Assembly (NCBI GenBank): GCA_016718205.1
Contig: JADKEB010000036.1
Coordinates: 52,148-116,147 of the forward strand
DNA: 64,000 nucleotides
Source of the DNA: Saprospiraceae bacterium
GTDB taxonomy: Bacteria > Bacteroidota > Bacteroidia > Chitinophagales > Saprospiraceae
Direction: 5' to 3'
The notes below the pieces were generated by a model that ran no database searches, had not been told where the DNA came from, and worked only from the letters and a program-made list of their open reading frames with translations. Each line of letters begins with the position of its first letter. Positions within the stretch are counted from its first letter, which is position 1. The position numbers were made by a program, and so were the translations under genes. This document shows positions 63,918-64,000 of this stretch, piece by piece.

Positions 63918-64000
63918 ATCAAGACTAAATTTTTAGAATTTTCATTCAATAAGCTGATTTTTTTAATTCTCTAAAAGATATATCATTACTTTATTTTTAT

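Noticed and set aside
1-64000. CRISPR arrays, rRNA genes and canonical tRNA genes.
   Set aside because: I saw no regularly spaced 25-40-bp direct repeats with unique spacers. There are no rRNA-like conserved stretches. The only tRNA-like sequences are the two atypical ones at 29013..29191.

Overview
This is a chromosomal window from a member of the Bacteroidota, roughly 38-40% GC by eye. The phylum call rests on two SusC/SusD pairs, several type A and type B T9SS C-terminal sorting domains, and a TAnnTTTG-type promoter box. About two thirds of the window is ordinary core or metabolic coding sequence: gltB-gltD, pdhA, an S46 peptidase, MscS, a class III aminotransferase, nth-ribD-secA and an AAE-family transporter. 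It also holds a sulfatase/SGNH/SusCD/BNR/ROK polysaccharide-utilisation-type locus (41.2-54.3 kb). Three accessory patches stand out.

(i) 3.7-6.3 kb is a graveyard of mobile-element debris. A hydroxyacid dehydrogenase gene is cut by an IS66-family end, and that end is in turn cut by a group II intron remnant. An intact HigB/HigA-like toxin-antitoxin pair and a 169-nt palindrome follow.

(ii) 6.2-18.2 kb is a same-strand block of secreted proteins. It holds three modular, tail-fibre-like paralogues, the largest ending in a C1q/TNF-like head, followed by a 1,777-aa T9SS adhesin with dockerin-like and cohesin-like modules. I consider this the best candidate for an undescribed surface-fibre system.

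(iii) 28.0-29.8 kb is a small islet downstream of gltD. It contains a T9SS CTD stub, a DUF433/DUF5615 pair with a decayed toxin, an 89-nt class II tRNA-like gene with a UCA (opal-reading) anticodon, a second degenerate tRNA-like remnant, a diverged gltD fragment and a MITE-like element.

Several genes are interrupted. There is an in-frame TGA in SusC at 47325 and an in-frame TAG at 18971. There are also frameshifts at homopolymer runs: A7 at 30031, A7/T7 at 39638, T11 at 44800 and a G-run near 1212. I cannot tell real decay or phase variation from sequencing error using the sequence alone. No CRISPR array, rRNA, integrase or phage morphogenesis genes were seen. All functional calls come from motif recognition by eye; no database search was run.
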